NCBI GenBank assembly: GCA_965248575.1
Contig: CBDFJQ010000002.1
Coordinates: 672,001 to 736,000 of the forward strand
DNA length: 64,000 nucleotides
Origin: Planctomycetota bacterium
GTDB taxonomy: Bacteria; Planctomycetota; B15-G4
Reading direction: 5' to 3'
The notes under the pieces were generated by a model. It made no database searches. It saw nothing but the letters and a program-made list of their open reading frames with translations, and was not told the DNA's origin. Within the stretch, counting starts at the first letter, position 1. Each line of letters begins with the position of its first letter. Positions 1-8,963 of the stretch are shown here, piece after piece. Made by a program: the position numbers and the translations under genes.

Positions 1-585
1 GCCAGCCACCACGGCCGTCACGCCGACGATGGCGGCGAGCGAGGCGGGGATCACCTTGGTGAGCTTCGGCAGGAAGTGGATGACGGCCATGGTGCCGGCC
101 ACCAGGCCCAGCATGGTCCAGAGCGGTGTGCCAGACATCCACTGGAGGTTTCCCCGGCCATCAGACGTCTTGAACTGCCCGAGTTGCGCCAGGAAGATCA
201 CGATGGCCAGGCCGTTGACGAAACCCAGCATGACCGGGTGGGGCACCATGCGGATGAACTTGCCGAGCCGGAAGAGCCCCGCAAGGATCTGCAGCACGCC
301 CATGAGCACGACGGCTGCAAACATGTACTGCGCCCCGTGCTGGGCGACCAGGGCCACGAGCACGATGGCGATGGCTCCGGTGGCGCCAGAGATCATGCCC
401 GGTCGTCCGCCCAGCAAGGCCGTGATGAGGCCCACCATGAAGGCCGCGTGCAGGCCGACGAGGGGGTCGACGCCGGCCACGAACGCAAAGGCGACGGCCT
501 CCGGAACCAGGGCGAGGGCGACGGTTAGCCCCGACAGGATGTCGACCTGAGGGCGGTACGTGGTCTTGCTTGTGAGGTCAAACAC
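1..585 (-). CDS. SulP family inorganic anion transporter, N-terminal part (runs off the window edge)
   Basis: Manual translation from GTG at 585: [71 protein letters not shown]..., the typical SulP N-terminus. Absent from the ORF track because it has no stop in the window. Confidence 0.9.
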   Translation of the reverse strand, partial: MFDLTSKTTYRPQVDILSGLTVALALVPEAVAFAFVAGVDPLVGLHAAFMVGLITALLGGRPGMISGATGAIAIVLVALVAQHGAQYMFAAVVLMGVLQILAGLFRLGKFIRMVPHPVMLGFVNGLAIVIFLAQLGQFKTSDGRGNLQWMSGTPLWTMLGLVAGTMAVIHFLPKLTKVIPASLAAIVGVTAVVAG

Positions 586-755
586 CTGGAAATTGCGGGC
601 TCTGGAGAAATCGGGGGGCGGCGCAGGGTAGCGACGCCGCCGCACGCTTCAACGAGATTCGGAAAGACCCATTCCTGGAAGTCTCATGATCAGATGCCTC
701 CTGAGCCGAAAGGGGCGACGCGCACTCCCGTACCCGAGGCATGAGGAACGGCTGG

Positions 756-1217
756 ATGTCAGACGGAACCAATCCAAAGCAGGCAGGCTTCACCCTGATC
801 GAACTCCTGATCGTGGTGATCATTCTCGGAATCCTGGCTGCCGTGGCGATTCCCCAGTTCGACACCGCCACGGTCGAGGCTCGCGAGGCGAACGTCCTCA
901 GCAACCTAGCGTCGATCCGCCAAGCCATCGAGGTGTACTCCGTGCAGCATGACGGGTCCTACCCCACGACGGCGATCGTGGCTCAGCTCACGGGGACCAC
1001 CGCAAAGTCGGGCGGCACGGGCTCGACCTTCGGCCCCTACATCCGTAGGGACTTCCCCATGAACCCGCTCAAGGATCGCAACGACATCCAGGTGTTGAAC
1101 ACGATGGTGTCGACGCCCAGTGGGCTGCAGGGTTGGCGCTATGCGCAGGAGACGGGCGAGATCCGCCTGAACTCCGCGGGCACCGGTCCTTCGGGAGTGG
1201 CCTACTACGACATGTGA
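756..1217 (+). CDS. Prepilin-type N-terminal cleavage/methylation protein (GspG/pilin-like), orphan
   Basis: G|FTLIELLIVVIILGILAAVAIPQF type III signal. ATG 756 follows GAGG; alternative start at 741. Confidence 0.85.
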   Translation: MSDGTNPKQAGFTLIELLIVVIILGILAAVAIPQFDTATVEAREANVLSNLASIRQAIEVYSVQHDGSYPTTAIVAQLTGTTAKSGGTGSTFGPYIRRDFPMNPLKDRNDIQVLNTMVSTPSGLQGWRYAQETGEIRLNSAGTGPSGVAYYDM

Positions 1218-1252
1218 GCCGGGCTCGGCGCCGACGGCGCCTGGCCAGGGCT

Positions 1253-1522
1253 CTAGCTGTCGCGAGGTGTCTCACCGGGGTCGGCGGCATCTTCACTGGC
1301 CGGCGGGTTTCCTGAATCGTCGGGGCTCGCCCCGGGTGATTCGTGGGATGCCTCGGGGGCATCAGCGGGCGGCTGTCCGTCGTGAGCTGCGGGGGCTGCA
1401 CCCTCGGTGGCACCGGACTTCTCGGCCCGGCGGGCTTGCTTGCTCTCTTCCCGTTGCTTGCGCTTCTCGGCCTTGCGCTTCTCGCGCTGGAACTTCTCGT
1501 ACGTGTAGGTCGTGCGGGCCAT
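1253..1522 (-). CDS. Small protein with basic helical N-terminus and acidic Pro/Ala-rich tail, downstream of csp
   Basis: MARTTYTYEKFQREKRKAEKRKQREESKQARR...; co-oriented behind the cold-shock gene; similar to the ORF at 11858-12034. Confidence 0.65.
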   Translation of the reverse strand: MARTTYTYEKFQREKRKAEKRKQREESKQARRAEKSGATEGAAPAAHDGQPPADAPEASHESPGASPDDSGNPPASEDAADPGETPRDS

Positions 1523-1603
1523 GGGGATTCCGAGGAGGCGGGGCGGAAATACAAGCGGGGCCACCTCGAGTCCGAGGTGACCCCGCTGAGTCAGCGAAGC
1601 CGA

Positions 1604-1810
1604 CTACGAACGGACGACGTTCTCTGCCGCCGGGCCCTTAGCGCCCTGGACGATGTCGAATTCGACGCGCTCGCCCTCGTTCAAGGTCTTGAACCCGTCA
1701 CCCTGGATTGCCGAGTGGTGGACGAAGCAATCCTTGCTGTTGTCCTCGGGGGTGATGAATCCAAAGCCCTTGGTTTCGTTGAACCACTTTACGGTACCGG
1801 TACTGCGCAT
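1604..1810 (-). CDS. cspA: Cold-shock protein (CspA family)
   Basis: [15 protein letters not shown] (RNP1), DCFVHHSAI (RNP2), [10 protein letters not shown]; 68 aa. Confidence 0.97.
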   Translation of the reverse strand: MRSTGTVKWFNETKGFGFITPEDNSKDCFVHHSAIQGDGFKTLNEGERVEFDIVQGAKGPAAENVVRS

Positions 1811-2031
1811 TTGCTGATTCCTAGACTAAGTGACCCACGTCTAAAGACTGACGTGGCGGTCACGGGATCCGCGGAAAACCCTCCGCGGAGGTTGCCCTGC
1901 CGACCACTGCAAACACACAGCAACCGGTACGGGCGTCACACCTGGGCGAAGCGAGAGGCTCATAGTGAGAGTCTTCCGATGCCCGTGCTGGTGCGATGGA
2001 GGGGCGACTCTGCCCCTCCCCCAAGGCAGCA

Positions 2032-2060
2032 ACAGTGCCGGGACACGCTCGGCATGTCAA
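2032..2060 (-). promoter_or_regulatory. Putative sigma70-type promoter of csp (TTGACA-17 nt-CACTGT)
   Basis: Perfect -35 TTGACA at 2060-2055, 17-nt spacer, weak -10 CACTGT at 2037-2032. Implies a 5' UTR of about 215 nt. Confidence 0.5.
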
Positions 2061-2281
2061 TGCTCTGCTAGGGGGTCCTTGGGCCGAACGCAGGGAAAGG
2101 GGCCCAGGCGGTGGCGGTCGGGGGCCCCGCATGGGGCGCCGACCGGGGCTGGAGGGCCCCTTGCCGCCAGGGCAAATCGTGAGCTAAAGGCCTCGGTTCG
2201 CTAGCCTGCCGGGCAGACGGCCACCCAGCAACAGCATGGGAGCCTCACTTGATCGGTGCCTGAGCGCATCCTGGGCTGTCT

Positions 2282-3670
2282 GTGGACTGTCACTTCAAAC
2301 CTCGCAGTCACTGCTTGCCTCTGCCGCATCCACGGAAAGAGAGACCCATCAACAAGCCTCGTCCCAAGTCCACCGCCGAGCGATCCTTGAGTTCGTTCGG
2401 CTTCTGCAAAAATGTCCTGTCTGCCATCGAGGCCGCTGGCTACGAGGCAGCTCGCCCGATTCAGGCAGAGGTGATCCCCAAGGTCATGAAGGGGCGAGAC
2501 GTCCTGGGACTGGCCCAGACCGGGACCGGCAAGACGGCCGCCTTCGTGCTGCCCATGATCGAGAAGCTCCTGGCCGGCAGCGGTGGCACGCCACGCGGAC
2601 TGATCCTGGCGCCGACTCGAGAACTGGCCACCCAGATCAGCAAGGAGATCGACAAGCTGGGCCGCTTCACCAGCGTGCGCTCCACGACGCTCTACGGCGG
2701 CGTGAGCGCGGCTCCCCAGATCCGATCCATGAAGGAACTGCCCGACATCGTGGTGGCCTGCCCTGGTCGCTTGCTCGACCTGGAAGGCAGCGGCCATGTG
2801 CGCATCGATGGGGTGAGCATGCTCGTCCTGGACGAGGCGGATCAGATGCTGGACATGGGCTTCTTGCCGGACATCGAGCGCATCCTCGCGCGATTGCCAC
2901 CACAGCGGCAGAACCTGCTCTTCTCCGCAACGATGCCCGGGCCGATCCGGGAGCTGGTGGGGACGTTGCTCAAGAACCCCCACGTCGTCGAGCTCGAGCA
3001 CGCCGCTCCGCTCGAGACGATCGAGCACGCCCTCTACCCGGTGGAGGCCCGCAACAAGACGGACCTGCTCCGGCACCTGATGAGCGCCAAGGGCTTCCGC
3101 TCGGCGATCGTTTTCCTGCGCACCAAGGAGCGCGCGGAGCAGGTGGCCAATGACCTGGGTCGCTCCGGGCATTCTGCGGTCGGGCTGCACGGCAACATGA
3201 CCCAAAGCCAGCGGCAGCGGGCGATGCAGGGATTCCGGAAGGGGCACTACAAGGTGTTGGTGGCCACGGATATCGCGTCGCGAGGCATCGACGTGGAGGG
3301 GGTCAGCCATGTGGTGAACTACGACATCCCCAACACGCCGAACGCGTACACCCACCGGATCGGGCGCACGGGGCGGGCCGAGCACCTGGGCAAGGCGTAC
3401 ACCTTCGTGACGCATGAGGACTTCCCAGCCATCAAGGCCATCGAACGCAAACTGCAGATGCACATTCCCCGCATCAAGCTGAAGGAGTACCCCAAGACGG
3501 GGCCGGCGCGCCCGGCGGGGCGCCCCGGTGCCGGCCCGCGCAAGGGTGGCAAGGGACGCTTCAAGGCTGGGTCGAAGCGCGGGGCCAGCGCTGGCTCACG
3601 GGGCCCGGGCGGCGGCAAACGCGGCGGGCCCGGCGCGGGTAAGGGCGGCGCTGGCCGTCGCCGTAGCTGA
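2282..3670 (+). CDS. DEAD-box RNA helicase (RhlE-like); start codon uncertain
   Basis: AQTGTGKT, PTRELA, DEAD, SAT and HRIGRTGR motifs; Gly/Arg/Lys-rich C-terminal tail. Confidence 0.95.
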   Translation: MDCHFKPRSHCLPLPHPRKERPINKPRPKSTAERSLSSFGFCKNVLSAIEAAGYEAARPIQAEVIPKVMKGRDVLGLAQTGTGKTAAFVLPMIEKLLAGSGGTPRGLILAPTRELATQISKEIDKLGRFTSVRSTTLYGGVSAAPQIRSMKELPDIVVACPGRLLDLEGSGHVRIDGVSMLVLDEADQMLDMGFLPDIERILARLPPQRQNLLFSATMPGPIRELVGTLLKNPHVVELEHAAPLETIEHALYPVEARNKTDLLRHLMSAKGFRSAIVFLRTKERAEQVANDLGRSGHSAVGLHGNMTQSQRQRAMQGFRKGHYKVLVATDIASRGIDVEGVSHVVNYDIPNTPNAYTHRIGRTGRAEHLGKAYTFVTHEDFPAIKAIERKLQMHIPRIKLKEYPKTGPARPAGRPGAGPRKGGKGRFKAGSKRGASAGSRGPGGGKRGGPGAGKGGAGRRRS

Positions 3671-3806
3671 CAGGCGCCTTCGTCATGTTTCTACGAACAC
3701 CCACGGGCCGTGCGCTGCGTACGATGCCCTCCTCCTAGGGCTTCGCTGCAGGCTGCACGCGGCCCCTCCGTCTCCGCACTGCTTCGTCATCCCGGATCCC
3801 TTCTTC

Positions 3807-4832
3807 ATGAACACCGTAACCCTGAGCCTGACGCTTGCCTTGTTGAGCTTCTCCTGTGGTCTGACGACCGCGGCCACCGCCGAGCACCTGTCCTCGACGA
3901 CCGTGGCTGCTGTGTCGGTCGACGAGCCGACCCAGCGAGCGGTCTTCGTGACGGGGGCGAGCACCGGCATCGGTCGGGCGACCGCCGAGCACCTGGCGGC
4001 GATGGGCTTCTACGTCTACGCCGGGGCGCGCAAGCAACGGGACCTCGCTGAGTTGAGCGCCCTCGACAACATCGAGGGGGTGCGCCTGGACGTCACGAGC
4101 CAAGCCGAGATCGACGCGGCCGTGGAGCACGTCAGCGCGTCAGGTCGCGGCCTCTATGGTCTGATCAACAACGCGGGCGTCGCCGTGGTGGCGCCGCTGA
4201 TCGAGGTTTCCGAGCAGGACTTTGACTTCCAACTGGACGTCAACGTGTATGGCCCGTACCGCGTGACCAAGGCCTTCGCCCCCTTGATCATCGAAAGCAA
4301 GGGACGCATCAGCACCACGGGTTCCATCTCCGGTGTCCTGCCCTGGGCCATGGGAGGTGTGTATGCCATGAGCAAGCACGCCATGGAGGCCTACACGGAT
4401 GTCCTGGCGCAGGAGCTGCAGCCCTTCGGCGTGACGGTCAGCATCGTGGAGCCGGGCAACTACAACTCCAAGATCGGCGAGAGCAGGCGAAAGCGCCTGC
4501 AGGAGAGCGGCTACAGCTCCGAAGGTTCGCTGTACAAGGAGCAGATGGATCGACTGATGACTGACATGTCGGATCGCTCCGAGGAGAAGGACCCGCAGGA
4601 AGTGGCCGAGGCATTCTACGCGGCCATGACCGACGAGAACCCCAAGCTCCACTACATGGTCGTTCCCGATGCCGAGGAAGCCGCCTGGACCATCGGCGCC
4701 ATCGTGCGGCGTCTTGTCCAGTTCAACGAGCGGCAGCCCTACACCTACGACCGGGATGAACTCATCGCCCTCTTGGACGAGGCCCTGGCTCAGGCTGCGG
4801 GAACTGCTGAGTCGCCTGCGAAGGACGGTTAG
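3807..4832 (+). CDS. SDR family oxidoreductase with N-terminal signal/lipoprotein-like peptide
   Basis: TGASTGIG, NNAG and YAMSK motifs; hydrophobic leader MNTVTLSLTLALLSFSC. Confidence 0.9.
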   Translation: MNTVTLSLTLALLSFSCGLTTAATAEHLSSTTVAAVSVDEPTQRAVFVTGASTGIGRATAEHLAAMGFYVYAGARKQRDLAELSALDNIEGVRLDVTSQAEIDAAVEHVSASGRGLYGLINNAGVAVVAPLIEVSEQDFDFQLDVNVYGPYRVTKAFAPLIIESKGRISTTGSISGVLPWAMGGVYAMSKHAMEAYTDVLAQELQPFGVTVSIVEPGNYNSKIGESRRKRLQESGYSSEGSLYKEQMDRLMTDMSDRSEEKDPQEVAEAFYAAMTDENPKLHYMVVPDAEEAAWTIGAIVRRLVQFNERQPYTYDRDELIALLDEALAQAAGTAESPAKDG

Positions 4833-4868
4833 GCCCCAGTCGGGATTCCACGCCGTGCACCGTTGTGT

Positions 4869-5036
4869 CTAGAACAGGGTGTAGAGGAATGGCGCGATCA
4901 TCGGGTACATCGCGCCAAGCGCGACGATCAGCCCGGCCAGCACAAGCACCACGAGCAGCACGAAGTGCTGGCGGTTCTCCCCACGCGAGCCTTCCTGCAG
5001 CAGTTGCTTGACCGTCTCGAGGCGTTCCTTGAGCAT
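4869..5036 (-). CDS. DUF5989/SxtK-like small membrane protein (55 aa)
   Basis: Manual translation MLKERLETVKQLLQEGSRGENRQHFVLLVVLVLAGLIVALGAMYPMIAPFLYTLF. AAAGGA RBS; the APFxYTLF C-terminus is characteristic; directly follows the carbamoyltransferase. Confidence 0.88.
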   Translation of the reverse strand: MLKERLETVKQLLQEGSRGENRQHFVLLVVLVLAGLIVALGAMYPMIAPFLYTLF

Positions 5037-5045
5037 CCTGTCCTT

Positions 5046-6821
5046 TCAGTCGGCGGGGGCGCGGCCGCCCTGAGCAAACCCAAGGTAGGGGTTGATGGCC
5101 AAAGCGTCGAGTCGGCAGCGCTGCGCGCTCGCATAGGCGTCTTCCACGCTGTTGACGATGGGTTCGCCCGCGTGGTTGAAGCTCGTGTTGACGAGCGCTG
5201 GGAGACCGCTTCGCGCTTCGAACAGCGTGAGTACCCGGTGTAGAAGCGGGGCATCCTCGGGATGCAGGATCTGGACGCGTGCCGTCCCGTTGACGTGGGT
5301 GACGGCTGACAGGCGTGTCCGCCACGCCTCCCTGACATTCACGACCGACAGCATGTGGCGCTCGAGCCCCTGGCCCGGGCTGAAGCCTTCGAAGAGCTCG
5401 TCCGCCCGATGGGCGAGGACGACGGGAGCGAAGGGCCGGAAGTCCTCGCGGTTCTTTACGAGGCGGTTGAGGCGGGCTTGTTGCTGGGGATGGTCGGGGC
5501 GCGCCAGGATCGAACGAGCACCGAGGGCTCGCGGACCCCACTCTGCACGTCCGTCCACCCACCCCACGACCTTGTTGTCGCTGAGGGCCTGTGCGACCTG
5601 GCTGCAGAACTCCTCCTCGCTCAGGCTGGGTGAGAACTCGAAGTGCGACGTCGCACCGTTCTTGAGCGGCACGAGCGGCACCTGGTCCCGGACGTCGAGG
5701 CCCAGCAGCGGTGTCGTCAGGGGGCGATTGCGCGGCTCGCCGTGGGTGGCCGCATAACACAGGGCCGCACCGACGGCGCCGCCCGCATCGCCCGATGCAG
5801 GGTGCATGAGCAATCGGTCGAAGATGCCAGAACGCGCCAGGTGCCCGTTGGCCACCGCGTTGAGCGCAACGCCTCCGCCGTAGCAGAGCGTGCGCTCGCC
5901 CGTGAGCTCCTGTGCTCGCGTCGCGAGCCCATGCAGTTGTTCTTCGAGCACACGCTGCAGGGAGCAGGCGATGTCGGCGAGCCGTTGGGCCTCGGGGGTC
6001 CCGTCCATCACCACGGGCTTGTGGGGTGGGTGGGGCGGCCCAAGCAGCTGCTCCAGGTGGGCTGACCAGCCCTTGCGCACCGAGCGGTCATGGCTGAAGG
6101 CCTTCAGGTCGAGGCGGAAGCTCCCGCCCGTGCCGTCGCCCGGTCCGTGCAGGATGAGTCCACGCAGCGCCTCTGCGAAGCGCGGCTCTCCATAGGGCGC
6201 GAGCCCCATGACCTTGTACTCACCCTCGTTCACGGCGAAGCCGAGGAAGGCCGTGAGCGCCGAATAGAACAGGCCGAGGGAATGGGGGAAATCCGTGACC
6301 TCCAAGAGCTCGTATTCGAGCCCTGCGTTGCCGTGCCTCAGCCGGCCGATGCTGGTGCTGGCCCATTCGCCCACGCCGTCCACGACCAAGGTCGCCGCCG
6401 ACTCGACGTCGTGGGTCAAGAAGGCAGCGGCGGCGTGCGAGAGGTGGTGGTCGGCAAACGCGATCTTCCCGCGCGGAACGCCGAGGGCCCGGGCCAGGTC
6501 GGTCCGGATCCACAGCTTCGTTTCGAACCAACTGTGCAGGGCGGCACGAAAGGGTGCTGCGGCGAACGGCGCGTTGGCCACGGTCGAGGCGATGATCCTG
6601 AAGAACTTCTGGAACGGCTTCTCGTAGAACACCACAGCATCCAGATCGGCCGCTTCGAGTCCGGCCTGTTCGAGGCAGAACCGAAAGGCGCCGACGGGAA
6701 GGGACGGGTCGCCCTTGCGGCGGCTGAATCGCTCCTCTTGTGAGGCGGCCACGAGTTGGCCATCCACCACCAGGGCGGCCGCCGCATCATGAAACTGGGC
6801 CGAGATGCCGCAGATCTTCAT
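5046..6821 (-). CDS. O-carbamoyltransferase (NodU/CmcH/SxtI family)
   Basis: HDAAAAL, HHLSHA, DGVGE, EGEYKVMGLAPYG, GGVALN, GPRALGARSIL, KNREDFRPFAP, NTSFN. Confidence 0.96.
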   Translation of the reverse strand: MKICGISAQFHDAAAALVVDGQLVAASQEERFSRRKGDPSLPVGAFRFCLEQAGLEAADLDAVVFYEKPFQKFFRIIASTVANAPFAAAPFRAALHSWFETKLWIRTDLARALGVPRGKIAFADHHLSHAAAAFLTHDVESAATLVVDGVGEWASTSIGRLRHGNAGLEYELLEVTDFPHSLGLFYSALTAFLGFAVNEGEYKVMGLAPYGEPRFAEALRGLILHGPGDGTGGSFRLDLKAFSHDRSVRKGWSAHLEQLLGPPHPPHKPVVMDGTPEAQRLADIACSLQRVLEEQLHGLATRAQELTGERTLCYGGGVALNAVANGHLARSGIFDRLLMHPASGDAGGAVGAALCYAATHGEPRNRPLTTPLLGLDVRDQVPLVPLKNGATSHFEFSPSLSEEEFCSQVAQALSDNKVVGWVDGRAEWGPRALGARSILARPDHPQQQARLNRLVKNREDFRPFAPVVLAHRADELFEGFSPGQGLERHMLSVVNVREAWRTRLSAVTHVNGTARVQILHPEDAPLLHRVLTLFEARSGLPALVNTSFNHAGEPIVNSVEDAYASAQRCRLDALAINPYLGFAQGGRAPAD

Positions 6822-6839
6822 GCGCGTTCCGCAGGCATC

Positions 6840-7613
6840 TCAGGAACGGGCCCAGAAGTCCTGGTCGAGGGGCATGCTGCCCGAACGTGGTACTGGCCGC
6901 AGTCGACCGCGACGTGTACCGCCGAGAAGACGCTTGAGCAGCGAATAGGGAGTGACCACCGCGTAGTACAGCAGGAAGGTGAAGATCCCCGAGCCCACGA
7001 TCTGAACCAACTTCAGCAGGTCGAGCAGGTCTTGGCGCAGGATGTAGCCGAGCACTCGGAAGAGCTGCTTCGTGCAAGGCCAGGGCGCCGCCTTGAACTC
7101 GCTCCAGGCCACGCGCATCGAGTAGCCCACGTGCCGGGTCTCATCCTCCAGAAGGAGCGGGATCTGCTTCCGGCAGCGCGCGTCGTACACGTTCACGTAT
7201 TGGTACAGCTTGAACATGAGCACCGCCCGGCTTTCGGAAAGGAAGATGTAGCTCATGTAGCTGAACAGAGTGGGTAGGCGGCGGTGTGGGGCGGCCTCCT
7301 CTTGCACCAGCGCTTTGACGCTCTCGCGGTCGAGTCGCGCTTGCTCGGAGGAGTCGGCGTAGTTGGCCGTGACGTAGGGAGAGACCTTGCGCGCCCAGTC
7401 CAGGAAGATGCCGTAGTGCCGAGCCTCGTCCGCTGCGTGTCGCAGCATCTCCTCGCGCAGTGGACTCTCCTGCTTGTTCGCCATGGCCTCGATGTCGAAG
7501 TGCGTGTACAGCTCGGTGTGGGCGAACTGCTGCAACTGACGTGAAAACCGGCTGGGCGACAGCACCACCCACGGGGAGATCAAACCGGCGATGCCTTCAC
7601 GGATGTAGATCAC
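6840..7613 (-). CDS. Ferritin-like diiron protein with SxtJ-like C-terminal membrane segment
   Basis: E...DEARH...E...DETRH four-helix diiron pattern; C-terminal IFTFLLYYAVVTPYSLLKRLLG resembles SxtJ-family tails. Confidence 0.7.
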   Translation of the reverse strand: MIYIREGIAGLISPWVVLSPSRFSRQLQQFAHTELYTHFDIEAMANKQESPLREEMLRHAADEARHYGIFLDWARKVSPYVTANYADSSEQARLDRESVKALVQEEAAPHRRLPTLFSYMSYIFLSESRAVLMFKLYQYVNVYDARCRKQIPLLLEDETRHVGYSMRVAWSEFKAAPWPCTKQLFRVLGYILRQDLLDLLKLVQIVGSGIFTFLLYYAVVTPYSLLKRLLGGTRRGRLRPVPRSGSMPLDQDFWARS

Positions 7614-7736
7614 CGGATGGCTGCCAGGTCGGGGAAAACTTGCGATCTCGAAGGTATGCCGGCTCGGGTCATCAGGTGCGCAAGGCTATCACGGGGTCTC
7701 GATGTGGGCGTCTGTCGCTGCCGGGCATGACGTAGG

Positions 7737-8963
7737 ATGCTGGGCATGTCGTCCGCACCACTCCGCCCTGCCGCGCATCGCTTGATCAGCAAGATCGAGC
7801 AGAAGTTGGGGCGCACGCGTCTGCTCTCCAGACCTGCCATCGTGGATGTGGTGCTCACCAAGGCCTGCAATCTTTCGTGCACCTTTTGTCGGGACTATGA
7901 ACACCCCGGCGCGCGCAAGGTCTCACCAGAGCAGATGGAGTGCATCGCGGCGCAGCTCTTTCCCACGGCGCGCTGGGTGAACATCTGCAGTGGTGGGGAG
8001 CCCTACCTGCACACGGGCCTGGAACATCTCCTGCGTTTGGCACGAGGTCATGGTGCGCGGACCTGGGTGCTGTCCAACGGCATGTTGGTTGAGGAAGGGC
8101 GATTAGCGCGGATGCTCGAGCAGGACTTGATCACCGAGCACGGCTTCAGCGTCGATGGCATCAAGGCGGAGACGGTGGAGGGGATCCGGACAGGTGCTCA
8201 TCTGCCCACGATCCTGAAGAACATCGACACCTTGTTGCAGTTGCGGGGGCCTCGCTCCGGAAGTCCGGTGGCGGGCTCGTCGGGCCCGGGGGTCGTGGTG
8301 CGCTATGCACTGATGCGACGCAACATCGATGAACTGCCTGAGGCCGTCAGCTACTGGGGGCATCGGGGCATCGAGCGCCTGGATGCGGGATATCTGAACC
8401 TGGCCAACGGGATCGATCGGGATGAGAGCCTCTACTTCCATCAGGATCACATGCTGCGGGTGTTTGACAGGGCCCGTGAAGTGGCGCGCTCCTTCCCGCA
8501 ATTGACGTTGAGCTTGCCGCCCAGCGTGGCCGAGCAGCAGGAGTTGCAGCGGAACCCTTCCGCATGCCGCTCGCCCTGGGAGTTCGTGATGATCGACACG
8601 AGCGGCCGCGTGCTCCCCTGCTACCGCGCCTTCGAGGCCCTGCACATGGGGCAGCTGCACGGGGACGGCGCCCAGGACTTCTCGGACATCTGGAATTCAA
8701 CGGACTACCAGGCCCTGCGACGGACGGTGAACGACGACTCCGGGCCCAAGCACTACTCCTTCTGCAGCGTGTGCGAAAAGCGCCGGGGCTGGGGCTCCGC
8801 CGACAGCCACCTCGGGGATGAGACTTGGCGCCGAATGGCCTTCGAGGACCAGGCCGTTGCCGAGGGTATTGATCACCGGCGCACCGGCTATCGCAGCCTC
8901 GAGAGTTGGGATGCAGCGCAGGGTTCCGCTGGGCCGCAGGACCACGGGCCGGGGAGTGTATGA
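7737..8963 (+). CDS. Radical SAM protein with SPASM/twitch-type C-terminal domain
   Basis: CNLSCTFC, SGGEP, SVDG; C-terminal CRSPW...GRVLPC...CSVC. Confidence 0.92.
   Translation: MLGMSSAPLRPAAHRLISKIEQKLGRTRLLSRPAIVDVVLTKACNLSCTFCRDYEHPGARKVSPEQMECIAAQLFPTARWVNICSGGEPYLHTGLEHLLRLARGHGARTWVLSNGMLVEEGRLARMLEQDLITEHGFSVDGIKAETVEGIRTGAHLPTILKNIDTLLQLRGPRSGSPVAGSSGPGVVVRYALMRRNIDELPEAVSYWGHRGIERLDAGYLNLANGIDRDESLYFHQDHMLRVFDRAREVARSFPQLTLSLPPSVAEQQELQRNPSACRSPWEFVMIDTSGRVLPCYRAFEALHMGQLHGDGAQDFSDIWNSTDYQALRRTVNDDSGPKHYSFCSVCEKRRGWGSADSHLGDETWRRMAFEDQAVAEGIDHRRTGYRSLESWDAAQGSAGPQDHGPGSV

Noticed and set aside
690..745. c-di-GMP-I riboswitch upstream of the orphan pilin (CC-GAAA-GG, GACGC, 7-bp atgcctc/gaggcat stem)
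   Set aside because: The GCAAA and AAAGC elements and the second stem are missing; only a weak hairpin is supportable.
4869..5036. RiPP precursor for the radical SAM-SPASM enzyme
   Set aside because: It is a hydrophobic TM peptide with the DUF5989-type ending and no leader/core structure.
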